A stretch of DNA of 64,000 bases from Thermodesulfovibrionales bacterium. Lineage in GTDB: Bacteria; Nitrospirota; Thermodesulfovibrionia; Thermodesulfovibrionales; UBA6898. Both the position numbers and the translations under genes were made by a program. Below, in pieces: positions 11,401 through 19,414 of the stretch. Location: positions 160,001 through 224,000 of the forward strand of contig JBIOIY010000001.1 of assembly GCA_044450345.1 (NCBI GenBank), in the 5' to 3' direction. Each line of letters starts with the position of its first letter. Within the stretch, counting starts at the first letter, position 1. Under the pieces are notes generated by a model that worked only from the letters and a program-made list of their open reading frames with translations, did not search any database and had not been told where the DNA came from.

Positions 11401-11590
11401 GCTGCTCGATTTCCTCTGCAGCGCGCCCGGGCCACTGCGTGATAACCCATACGTATTTATCGGCCACATCTGGATATGCCTCCACGGGAAGGCGGTGGAA
11501 AGAAATTATCCCCCAGATGAAAAGAAGTGAACCGACGCTGAGAACTAACAACCTCTTCCGCAGGGCAAGTTCGATGATATATTGAATCAT
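8453..11590 (-). CDS. CusA/CzcA-family heavy-metal efflux RND transporter
   Basis: 1045 aa; LPVEAYPD, ANLLSLGALDFGMLVDGTVVMVEN, RLRPIMMT, GSDSQRPFAIVIVGG. Confidence 0.93.
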   Translation of the reverse strand: MIQYIIELALRKRLLVLSVGSLLFIWGIISFHRLPVEAYPDVADKYVWVITQWPGRAAEEIEQQITIPIETQLNGVGHMTLLRSISISGLSFITVIFDDNSDNLQNRQQVLEKLTLVTLPQNISPQIGPDFSPVGQIYFYTLESTNPQYDVMELKRLQDWVVFKHFMSVPDVVAVSIFGGETREYQVQVDPNKLVSYGLSIGQVEQALAANNVNAGGSFIEKGQQAYNVRVVGLMEKPDDIGATVLKAQSGTPVRVRDVAIVTQGPKIRLGRLGKTIRHEDGRIVDNNDVVEGIVQMRKGAEAESVLAAIDVKVNYLNKRVLPPGVKIVPHIDRDDLVHYTTRTVLRNLTEGIILVVIVLFLFLGNARSALIVAMTMPFSFFFASILLDLRHIPANLLSLGALDFGMLVDGTVVMVENILRRLEESEESTGKISETIHLAAHEVQRPVFFARAIIITSYIPIFTLQRVEGRLFRPMAYTVSFALLGALFFSILLAPVLASYLFNRRAREWRNPVLAWLKTQYPKALEKAIERRSLTLGIGAACFVLAAFLGFSGVIGSEFLPHLDEGAIWARGTLDPSTGPSTGKRIMDQARLAFGSFPEVKQVVSQVGRSDDGTDATGFFNTEYFVDLKPRDRWRKEFHENKDALIEAMNKEVEKIPGVEWGFSQPIADNMEEAVSGVKGELAVKVFGSDLKDLEQKSEEIVEVMRKVRGIEDLGIFRVLGQPNINLTVDRAKADRFGINVADVQDAIETAVGGKAVSQILKGEERYDLVVRYQEPYRKTVEDIANIRILAPSGERVSLGELSDIKIGDGASMIYREANSRYIAIKYSVRGRDLGSTVEEAMQKVNEKVKLPQGYYLDWAGEYESQKRADGRLAVIVPVTVLLILLLLYMMFNSFKWSFLVLLTVGIASFGGLLSLFVTGTHFSVSSGIGLLALFGVSVQTGVIMVQYINQLRARGMSILDAAIKGATLRLRPIMMTMLVATLGLLPAAMSHDIGSDSQRPFAIVIVGGLITTVILSIFLLPTLYVWIAKPGDILPKAEGNNAQ

Positions 11591-11593
11591 GGT

Positions 11594-12802
11594 CTATTTT
11601 GTTTCCGAAGCACTGGAGAATTGCAGTGCGTTGACAACTACCTTGTCGTGAATCTTTACCCCTGCCAGAATCTGCTGGAGGTTATCGCCAGCAGGCTGGC
11701 CGGTCTGAACCTCCATTTTCCGAAACCGGTTGCCGCCAAGAGGCATGAATACCCAGTTCTTGTCGTGCAGGCGGACTATGGCTGAGGTCGGCAGGACAGG
11801 CCGTTCGAGGCGTTTCCCGGAATGTAACTCTGCCGCAACAAACATTCCAGAACGCATTAAGCGCCCGGGATTGTCAAGTTCGATACGGGCTTTGGCCGAC
11901 CGAGTGTTGGGATCCAGTACTCGACCGACATTGCTCACGCGACCATTGAACAGCCGATCAGGATAGGCGTTGAGGCGCACCTCGGCGATATCGTCAAGAT
12001 GCACTTTCGAAATTTTATCCTCGTAAAGGTCGCAGAGGACCCAAACGCGGGATAAGTCGGCAATGGTGAAAAGATTCGGAGAATTGTCGAGTGAGCGAAC
12101 TCCGGCGGCACCTGTCACGTTTTGCTCTACGATTGTTCCGGAAATCGGGGAGCGAACATCGAGAATTGGGGAAACATGGTCGGGGTCGCCGCCGAGAATG
12201 TGAATGCGATCACGCGCCGTTTTTACATCGATCTGTGCCTTGTCCTCCGCATTCTGGGCCGCCTCCAGGTCTTTTTTCGCAATTGTTGTTCCTCTCTCAT
12301 AGAGGGCTTCTGAGCGTTCTAATTGTTTGCGCGCCAATGACTCATCGGCCTGGGCCTTTTGATAATCTGCGAAAGCGGAAGCCAGATCCGTGCTGTGGAT
12401 CCGGAGCAGGAGCTGCCCTTTTTGTACGTCGTCTCCCAGTCTGGCCTTGATGTCTACAACTCTTCCTCCGCTAAGAGACAATACTGCGACCGAGCGATTG
12501 ACGTCAGGGCTTACCACCCCAGTTATATGAATTTCATCAACGGTTTTCCTGCCTTCCACCTCTACCAGTTGGAATCGCTCCGGGTGGTCCATTTCGATCA
12601 CATTGGGATCCGTTGATTTGATGATATCCTTGCGTGAATCGCCTTGTGTCTCCGAACCTGCAGAGTGGCAACCGGTTCCTGAAGCAATGAATAGGAAAAG
12701 CAAAAATATAAAAAGGATCTGCTCGATATGTCGCTGCGCGGAAGCGTCCGTGATTGGCATGCAATTGGCAGAAACACTAAAACGATGTGGGTGCTTATTC
12801 AC
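11594..12802 (-). CDS. RND periplasmic adaptor (CzcB-like membrane fusion protein)
   Basis: SGGRVVDIKARLGDDVQKGQ, SPISGTIVE, IADLSRVWV, LDPNTRS; GTG 12802 has a GAGGAG RBS 7 nt upstream. Confidence 0.9.
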   Translation of the reverse strand: MNKHPHRFSVSANCMPITDASAQRHIEQILFIFLLFLFIASGTGCHSAGSETQGDSRKDIIKSTDPNVIEMDHPERFQLVEVEGRKTVDEIHITGVVSPDVNRSVAVLSLSGGRVVDIKARLGDDVQKGQLLLRIHSTDLASAFADYQKAQADESLARKQLERSEALYERGTTIAKKDLEAAQNAEDKAQIDVKTARDRIHILGGDPDHVSPILDVRSPISGTIVEQNVTGAAGVRSLDNSPNLFTIADLSRVWVLCDLYEDKISKVHLDDIAEVRLNAYPDRLFNGRVSNVGRVLDPNTRSAKARIELDNPGRLMRSGMFVAAELHSGKRLERPVLPTSAIVRLHDKNWVFMPLGGNRFRKMEVQTGQPAGDNLQQILAGVKIHDKVVVNALQFSSASETK

Positions 12803-12842
12803 AGGTGTTCTCCTCAAAGTGAAATTGAATCTTAAGCAAAGT

Positions 12843-13478
12843 TCAGCCATCTTCCTTCTTTTCCTTGTTACCCAATACTTTTTTGGAATGTTCGGGATAT
12901 AACTTTTTAATACATTCAGGACATACTGAATGACTGAATTGTACTTCGGAGTGTTTACTGATATATGATTCGATCTGATTCCAGTAGCCTTTGTCGTCCC
13001 GTATTTTCTTGCAAGAAGCACAAATGGGCAATAATCCGCTTAGTGTGTTGATTTCCCAAAATGCATGTTGAAGTTCAAGGACAAGTTTTTTTTGCTCTTC
13101 AAGGTCAAGCTTCAACTTTGAAAACAAGAAGGTAAAGATAACAAAAAAGCCAAAATGAATAAAAAGATTCCAAACTTCGGTAAAGAGATGCTGATAGGGT
13201 TGTCCTGCGTAGAAATTAGATATGATTATAGTTGCAGTACTTGCAACTGACATGTAAATGCCGGCTTTTCTATTAACAAACCATGTTACAAAACCAATGG
13301 GAATTAAATAGAAAACTGATAAACCAATCTCATATCCGGTTATGTAGTCAAAAAACCCTACAAAAATATTCGTGGCAAAGCCAAATATTACATGGAATAA
13401 TTTTGACCGTCTTTTAAAGAACTCAGTTATTTCGATAGCATTAATGATGTGAAAACTATCTTTTTCCAGTGCTGTCAT
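12843..13478 (-). CDS. membrane protein with C-terminal CxxC...CxxC domain (LLPICASCKKIRDDKGYW...SHSVCPEC)
   Basis: About 4 TM helices, coiled coil, conserved Cys domain; start moved to ATG 13478 because the longer ORF overlaps the sigma54 promoter. Confidence 0.8.
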   Translation of the reverse strand: MTALEKDSFHIINAIEITEFFKRRSKLFHVIFGFATNIFVGFFDYITGYEIGLSVFYLIPIGFVTWFVNRKAGIYMSVASTATIIISNFYAGQPYQHLFTEVWNLFIHFGFFVIFTFLFSKLKLDLEEQKKLVLELQHAFWEINTLSGLLPICASCKKIRDDKGYWNQIESYISKHSEVQFSHSVCPECIKKLYPEHSKKVLGNKEKKEDG

Positions 13479-13516
13479 AATATTTCTCAATTCCTCGTTA
13501 TTTCCCAGCGAAATAT

Positions 13517-13600
13517 TACAAGCCTCATGCCAATTGAAAACCTCTTGATTTTGGGAGACTTTCACGATTGTTGGCCCGGAAGGGTGAAAAAAAAGTATAC
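13517..13600 (-). promoter_or_regulatory. sigma54 promoter plus upstream site, copy 2
   Basis: TGGCAT-GAGGC-TTGT at 13532-13518; GTGAAAAAAAAGTATAC at 13584-13600. Confidence 0.75.
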
Positions 13601-13650
13601 GTTATCGGTAGGATGAACAAAAAGGTGAGGACTTGAGAGATCGTGACAAA

Positions 13651-15009
13651 CTACAGACTATATTTTTTTATCTTATAGTGTAAAACCCTTGCAGATATAC
13701 CAAGTATTCTTGCGGCTTCGGTTTTATTGTTATCCGACGACGCAAGGGCTTTCTTTATGTATTTCTTCTCAATTTCGGACAATGCGTTCTCAAGGGATAT
13801 CGAATAGTCGATATCTACATCCCCTGACGGACTCTTGATATTATCGGCACCGACGGAAATATCATTCACTGTGAGAGTATCGCTGGAAGAGATTGCGACA
13901 GCCCTTTTAATGCACCATTTCAGTTCGCGTATATTGCCGGGCCACGCGTATTTCGTAAGATGTTCCACTGCCTTAGCCGAAAAAGCATGTATATCCTTCT
14001 TGTATGCGTAATTAGCCTCCTTAAGGAATACCGAAATGAGGAGCGGGATATCATCTCTGCGCTCTCTCAATGGCGGGAGTTCGAACGCGATGCCATTGAT
14101 CCTGTAAAAAAGATCCTGCCGGAAATTATTGGACGCAACATCGAGGTCTTTGCTTGTTGCCGAGATAAGCCTGAACCTGGCTCTGCGCTCTCTTGTGTCA
14201 CCCAACTTATAATAGACGCCGCCTTCAAGGACCCTGAGAAATTTTGCCTGCACATCCTCGGAGAGTTCTCCGATCTCATCGAGAAATAATGTCCCTCCGT
14301 CAGCTCTCTCTATCAACCCTTCTTTATAGGTGCCAGCACCCGAGAACGCCCCCTTTGTGTAGCCGAAAAGCTCACTCTCAATGATGTCTTTTGGCAGGGC
14401 TGCACAGTTGATAGTGACCATTTGCCCGTCGAGACCCGATAGCGAATGTATCCATTCCGCCAGCTTTTCCTTCCCTGTCCCTGTTTCTCCTTTTATCAAG
14501 ATAGGTATGTCGAGAGGTGCTATCAACGGCACTTTATCGACAATCTCTTTCATTATTCCTGTACCCGAGGTCTCAAAAGGCGGGGTAATTTTCCTTATTT
14601 CTCTGTCGAGAGCAACTATCTTTTTGTGGAGGAGTCTGTTTTCGAGATGGACATTGAGCTCTCTTTTCAACCGCTCAATATCCAAAGGCTTTATAAAATA
14701 ATCGACTGCTCCATCCTTCAGGGCCATGACAGCATTTTCCACTGTTGCATAAGCCGTCATAACAATAACCACCGGCATCGGGTTAAGATCTATTATCCCT
14801 TGAAGAAACTCTATTCCGTCGCCATCGGGTAGCCGCATATCAAGGAGAATTGCGTCGGGTATCCTCTCCTTTAACGACTCTCTGGCTCCTTTAAGCGTTC
14901 CCACTACCGAAATCTCAAATGTGTCTTCAAGGGCCATCCGTAGAGACTCGCTGAAATGGGGTTCGTCATCGATGATAGTCACATGTGGTTTTGAGTTATC
15001 GTTATGCAT
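13651..15009 (-). CDS. sigma54-dependent response regulator (NtrC family)
   Basis: Receiver (IIDDE, LLDMRLPDGDG), Walker A GETGTGKE, ESELFG..GAFSGA, LFLDEIGE, WPGNIREL, Fis-type HTH. Confidence 0.95.
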   Translation of the reverse strand: MHNDNSKPHVTIIDDEPHFSESLRMALEDTFEISVVGTLKGARESLKERIPDAILLDMRLPDGDGIEFLQGIIDLNPMPVVIVMTAYATVENAVMALKDGAVDYFIKPLDIERLKRELNVHLENRLLHKKIVALDREIRKITPPFETSGTGIMKEIVDKVPLIAPLDIPILIKGETGTGKEKLAEWIHSLSGLDGQMVTINCAALPKDIIESELFGYTKGAFSGAGTYKEGLIERADGGTLFLDEIGELSEDVQAKFLRVLEGGVYYKLGDTRERRARFRLISATSKDLDVASNNFRQDLFYRINGIAFELPPLRERRDDIPLLISVFLKEANYAYKKDIHAFSAKAVEHLTKYAWPGNIRELKWCIKRAVAISSSDTLTVNDISVGADNIKSPSGDVDIDYSISLENALSEIEKKYIKKALASSDNNKTEAARILGISARVLHYKIKKYSL

Positions 15010-16180
15010 AAAGTTTGATCTTGCCCTTCGGGAATGAAATTATGACTCCTGCCCCGCCGTCTAATCTATATAAAGATACATTACCGCTATGTGAAGAGGC
15101 AATCTTCCTGACAAGATATAGTCCGAGGCCGGCCCCGTGAGATTTCCAGGTAATAAAAGGGTTCATCAGCTCCTTGAGATCGGCATCTTTAGGGAATCCC
15201 CTACCATTATCTTCATAAAGTACATCCGTAAAGGAGCCGTCGCCGGATGGCGTAGTCACCCTCACAGTAATTTTGTCTGCACCGGCAGCCTGGCTGTTTC
15301 TCAGTAGGTTTTCAAAAAGTAGCGCCATGTAGAATTTATCTCCATAAATCTTGCCTTCGGGAATGAGAGATATTTTTAGATGATTCTTATCGCCCAGTCC
15401 CTTTATAAAGGGTTGGAATTCTATCCATTCCTCATGTTTTACGTCAACATCTTTCCCATAAACGAGAAGGTTATCCATAAGTTGCTGCATGCGTTCCAAC
15501 TCGTCTTTCGTCAGGGTGATAAACCGTTTTACGAATGTTTCATCAGAAACGCGCGAAGGCAATGTCTGTACAAGAGTGGATATTGTTGCTAAAGGAGTCT
15601 TAAGTTCATGGGCCAATGTGGCAGACATCTTTCCGAGCATTGCAAGGGCTTCATGCTCCTGTAGTGACTTTTTGAGTTCCTCATGTTCCAATTCGAATTG
15701 CTGACGCATCAGTTTTGTTCGTCTCTTCCTTTCGCTATAAAATACAATGGAAGTAAATGCGACAATAGTTGCAAAAACCCCAAAAATCAGTTCGGGTGTA
15801 TCCAAGACAGCAAGTTCATCTTCTAAGAAAGAATTCTTTATATAGAAGTCTACGGAGTTTCCTCCTTCTGAAAAGGTGAACAAAAATTTGAATTCATTTT
15901 TGTTTGGCCGGCTGTTTAGAGTTCGGTCCACTGCAATGATCTTTTCTTTCATTGCCATAGAGGAGTATTCCTTAATAAAGCTTATTACTTCTTCAGGGCC
16001 AACATTATGTGCGGCTTCCTTAAAAGAGGCGGCGGCATTTCTTAATTCAATTTCCAAGGTCTTACGCAGGTTCTTCTCTACGGCTACATTCTCAAATTGG
16101 TCTAACGTAAGTGTGACTATTATCCCAAAGATTAGGGAAATAAGAAGATATGAAACAAGCCGTAATATTTGTTTTAGCAT
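15002..16180 (-). CDS. membrane sensor histidine kinase
   Basis: Two TM segments, H-box LAHELKTPL, N-box ENLLRNS, DNGRGF, GAGLGL; overlaps the regulator start. Confidence 0.92.
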   Translation of the reverse strand: MLKQILRLVSYLLISLIFGIIVTLTLDQFENVAVEKNLRKTLEIELRNAAASFKEAAHNVGPEEVISFIKEYSSMAMKEKIIAVDRTLNSRPNKNEFKFLFTFSEGGNSVDFYIKNSFLEDELAVLDTPELIFGVFATIVAFTSIVFYSERKRRTKLMRQQFELEHEELKKSLQEHEALAMLGKMSATLAHELKTPLATISTLVQTLPSRVSDETFVKRFITLTKDELERMQQLMDNLLVYGKDVDVKHEEWIEFQPFIKGLGDKNHLKISLIPEGKIYGDKFYMALLFENLLRNSQAAGADKITVRVTTPSGDGSFTDVLYEDNGRGFPKDADLKELMNPFITWKSHGAGLGLYLVRKIASSHSGNVSLYRLDGGAGVIISFPKGKIKLYA

Positions 16181-16508
16181 ATGCCAATAATACTTCTTAA
16201 CTGGTAACAATCCAATGATTTTTCCATACTTTTTTTATACAAGATTGTAATGTGGCAAAACAATATTCTTATAGAGATGATTCTTTCAAATTTCGGTCAC
16301 GTCAGTCATATTGGCACAATCCTAAAAGAGTCCTATTCACGGCTATGCATATAGGTTGCCATTGGCAATAATTTTTTTTGTCGCAACTACGTAATTTCTA
16401 AGTTAGCTTTTTGAAGTTGAAGCCAACTCTTTTCATCATTCCTCTTATAGGCAAGACAGACTACAACGGGGTCTAATTCCCGCACCCGCAAATAAAAAAT
16501 GCCTTTTA

Positions 16509-17039
16509 CTATCTTATGCATTTTCCAACTGACTCCGCTTTGCATTCACTGCCGTCCGTCCAAGTTGCATAGCTCAAATCTGACCCGCTTAGATCCGCAC
16601 CTTCCATTTTCGCACCTTTCAATGTTGCTCCTCTCAGATCTGCAGCAGCTAAATTTGTCTCTCTCAGATCTGCGCCGCTGAGGTCCGCCCCGCGTAGTTT
16701 CGCACCGACCAGATTCGCCCCCCTCAGATTTGCAGAAACAAGGTTGGCCCCAATCAATTTCACTCCGATCAATTTAGCCCCGCTCAGATTTGACTTTCTC
16801 ATATCTACGCCGTTGCTCAGTTGCACCTCGGTCAGATTTGCTCCGCTCAGATCCACCCCGTATAGATACATCCCGGTTAGGTTCGCCCCGCTTAGATTGC
16901 AAGCCGGACATTTTTTTCCACCCTGAAATGTTACAAGATCATCTGAATCAAATCCATAAACGACAGTTCCCAGAAAAAAAAACGCAATAAACGTCACCCG
17001 AATCGCAATTACTGCATTTATTATCTTCATTGCTCTCAC
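16509..17039 (-). CDS. exported pentapeptide-repeat protein
   Basis: Signal peptide, CPACNL, tandem A(N/D)LxG repeats, ATWTDG..C C-terminus. Confidence 0.9.
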   Translation of the reverse strand: MRAMKIINAVIAIRVTFIAFFFLGTVVYGFDSDDLVTFQGGKKCPACNLSGANLTGMYLYGVDLSGANLTEVQLSNGVDMRKSNLSGAKLIGVKLIGANLVSANLRGANLVGAKLRGADLSGADLRETNLAAADLRGATLKGAKMEGADLSGSDLSYATWTDGSECKAESVGKCIR

Positions 17040-17051
17040 CTTTGCATAAAT

Positions 17052-17588
17052 TTAAAACCTATAACCCATGAGTAAATACAAAGAGTCTATGCCTTCGTTA
17101 GGCGGGAAAAGTCCTGCATTGGAGTGGTGCAGCCACCGTGCAAAAACGCTTATTCCGGTTTTAGATCTTCCGAATTTAATACCAGCTCCAGCCGTCGGAC
17201 TAAAGAAAAAGGTACTTCCGAAATCCCGGTTATACAGAACTGTTTTCGAGCCGATGCTCACGCCTACGCCGGCATCCAAAAAGGGATTTAGGGGATGCCC
17301 TTGAGTACCAAGCCTGAAAACAGGACTGACGCCGCCGAAAAAAAGTGATTTGCCGGATTTTGCTTTAATGAATTCCATATTTGGCTCTATTCTGAGCTCT
17401 ATTATACTGGAAAGCCGCCTTATCCACGCGCCAAGAAGTATCTCCTCTGTCGACCCAAGGTCGCTCAAGCTGATTCCAGCACCTTTCGCGATCTCATAGC
17501 TGTTATCAGCAGCCTCTCCACACCGCAGAAAAACGCCTAATACGATAGCGAACGCCAAAAGGGGAATGAGCAAGCTCGGCCGCTTCAT
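17052..17588 (-). CDS. pagL: acyloxyacyl hydrolase / lipid A 3-O-deacylase (PagL family)
   Basis: Small beta-barrel with DFGSTFFF and HHSNAGL..PNEG catalytic H-x-S motif; C-terminal YRF. Confidence 0.75.
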   Translation of the reverse strand: MKRPSLLIPLLAFAIVLGVFLRCGEAADNSYEIAKGAGISLSDLGSTEEILLGAWIRRLSSIIELRIEPNMEFIKAKSGKSLFFGGVSPVFRLGTQGHPLNPFLDAGVGVSIGSKTVLYNRDFGSTFFFSPTAGAGIKFGRSKTGISVFARWLHHSNAGLFPPNEGIDSLYLLMGYRF

Positions 17589-17710
17589 TCTACCTTGTCA
17601 CAATGAAAAAAATATAATGGAAGAGGTTCGCCGAAATAAATTTCATCATCAGTGACAACATATGGTTTATTAATTATCTATTTTCCGCTCAGGAATATGT
17701 CTATTTCCGT

Positions 17711-17795
17711 CGCAAGACTCATGCCAATTGAGAAGCTTCAGATTTTCGCGTACTTCGACACAAGCTCCCCAATAAGGAGTGAAAATAATGTATAC
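17711..17795 (-). promoter_or_regulatory. sigma54 promoter plus upstream site, copy 3
   Basis: TGGCAT-GAGTC-TTGC at 17726-17712; GTGAAAATAATGTATAC at 17779-17795. Confidence 0.78.
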
Positions 17796-18168
17796 ATTTT
17801 CTGTTTGAATGAAGCGGAATAGAAGATATCGAATTGTTACAGATGATCCGCAAGTAATTCGAGATAAGGGGATATTAAATCTATCCGTTACATCTGACTG
17901 GTACTTTGTTTATCTGAGAAGAACGCACGAATAAGAGTGGATAATAAATAGCAAGTACGGCATTATCGCTTATTAAGCAATAACTTGGCTTGGGATTATT
18001 TATCTGAGTCGGGATCATTAAGAACCCGAAATTATACCCAACAAAGTTGCGCTGAGAGAGACGACCGGGGAGCCAATTTCTTTGGGGGTCATTTCACCGG
18101 TGCAATTCTTCGTCTATATTCTTCGGAGCGCAAGAACCGGCCGCTACTAAGCTGGTCATACAGATAAC

Positions 18169-19413
18169 CTATGATTCGGCCACATACCGGGTAAGCTCTC
18201 CGAGCATATGAACGTAGTTGCCCATTTCGTTGTCGTACCATCCGTAAATGACAGCCTGGGTCAGCGGTATTCCGATCTCCGTATCCTTTAATTCTTTCAG
18301 CAATTCCTTCTTTATCCCGGTAAGCCTTTCGATATCTACGGTTACTTCTGCAGTGCGGGTGTGCGTCTCGTGCCCCTCAATGATGGCGGCGGCTTTCGGC
18401 ATGGCAATGATATCCCCCGAGACGTTCTGCTCATCCGTGTACACAAGATATCCCTGCGGCATAGCCGCGGCCTGTCTGTATATATCATTGATTACCTCTC
18501 TGTTGATTGATGCCCTGGATTCGTCCTCCTGTATGTTCACTACCAGAATAATCAGGGAGCCTGTCGTGACCGGAACCCGCACTGATTCGGCAATGAGGCC
18601 GATTTGCTTCATCTGCGGGAGGACCAGTGCAAGGGTATTTGCGGCACCCGTTGTCGTGAGTATGATGTTATTCAGTATACTCCTGTTTTTTCTGAGGTCG
18701 GTTGCACCGGCCTTGGCCATCCTGTCCAGGACCTGCTGAGAACCTGTAGCGGCATGCACGGTGGCCATGGACGCGGTTAGAATCCTCTTTGCTCCTATGA
18801 CGTCCAGGAGGGGCTTCATCATATGTGCCAGGCAGGTTGTAGTACAGGAAGCAGCGGAGATTATTCTGTGCCGCGCCGGGTCATAATCGTGCTCATTTAT
18901 GCCCTTAACACAGGTAACCGCGTCATCGGGCATTGCCTTCGTCTTGTCTTTTATCTTAAACGGCGCCGATGCGATTACCCTGCGGGCCCCTGCCTCAAGG
19001 TGTCCCCTAATCGCCCCTTTCGGCGCGTCCGCGGACAGCGTGGGATCAAGGAACTCGCCGGTAGTATCGACTACCAATTCTACACTATGATTTTTCCATT
19101 CGACTTCCCTCGGGTCACGGGCCTTTTTGAGAAAGGTTATCTTCATGCCGTCTATGGTCATTGTTCCTGCGGAATCATTCACCTCTTGAATAACATCCCC
19201 GGACTGACACCCGTGAAGGTACATCGGCAGGGACCCGTACGTTGAGTCCCTTACAATATAATGGACGAGGTCGGCCAGAGACTTTCCGACCTCCCGACCG
19301 GTATTGACGACTATCTCCCGGAAATATTTTTTTGATACATGATGCCATAAGGTTAATTTTCCTATACGTCCGAAGCCGTTTATCCCAAGCTTCATATCGG
19401 TACCTTTTCCCAT
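18169..19413 (-). CDS. gap: glyceraldehyde-3-phosphate dehydrogenase family protein (long variant)
   Basis: GINGFGRIG, RDSTYG, ASCTTTCLA catalytic Cys, SVRVPV, WYDNE. Confidence 0.9.
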   Translation of the reverse strand: MGKGTDMKLGINGFGRIGKLTLWHHVSKKYFREIVVNTGREVGKSLADLVHYIVRDSTYGSLPMYLHGCQSGDVIQEVNDSAGTMTIDGMKITFLKKARDPREVEWKNHSVELVVDTTGEFLDPTLSADAPKGAIRGHLEAGARRVIASAPFKIKDKTKAMPDDAVTCVKGINEHDYDPARHRIISAASCTTTCLAHMMKPLLDVIGAKRILTASMATVHAATGSQQVLDRMAKAGATDLRKNRSILNNIILTTTGAANTLALVLPQMKQIGLIAESVRVPVTTGSLIILVVNIQEDESRASINREVINDIYRQAAAMPQGYLVYTDEQNVSGDIIAMPKAAAIIEGHETHTRTAEVTVDIERLTGIKKELLKELKDTEIGIPLTQAVIYGWYDNEMGNYVHMLGELTRYVAES

Positions 19414-19414
19414 T

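Noticed and set aside
12803..13021. N-terminal extension of the adaptor ORF to 13021
   Set aside because: Overlaps the upstream gene; GTG 12802 has a good RBS
16509..17039. Qnr/MfpA-type quinolone resistance
   Set aside because: Has a signal peptide and Cys caps typical of exported pentapeptide proteins, so unlikely to reach gyrase
18045..18160. Weak resemblance to a ydaO riboswitch (GCTGA..GGGGAGCCAA..GGGG..GAACC)
   Set aside because: Too degenerate, and on the plus strand it points into the 3' end of gap with no downstream gene; an Rfam scan would settle it
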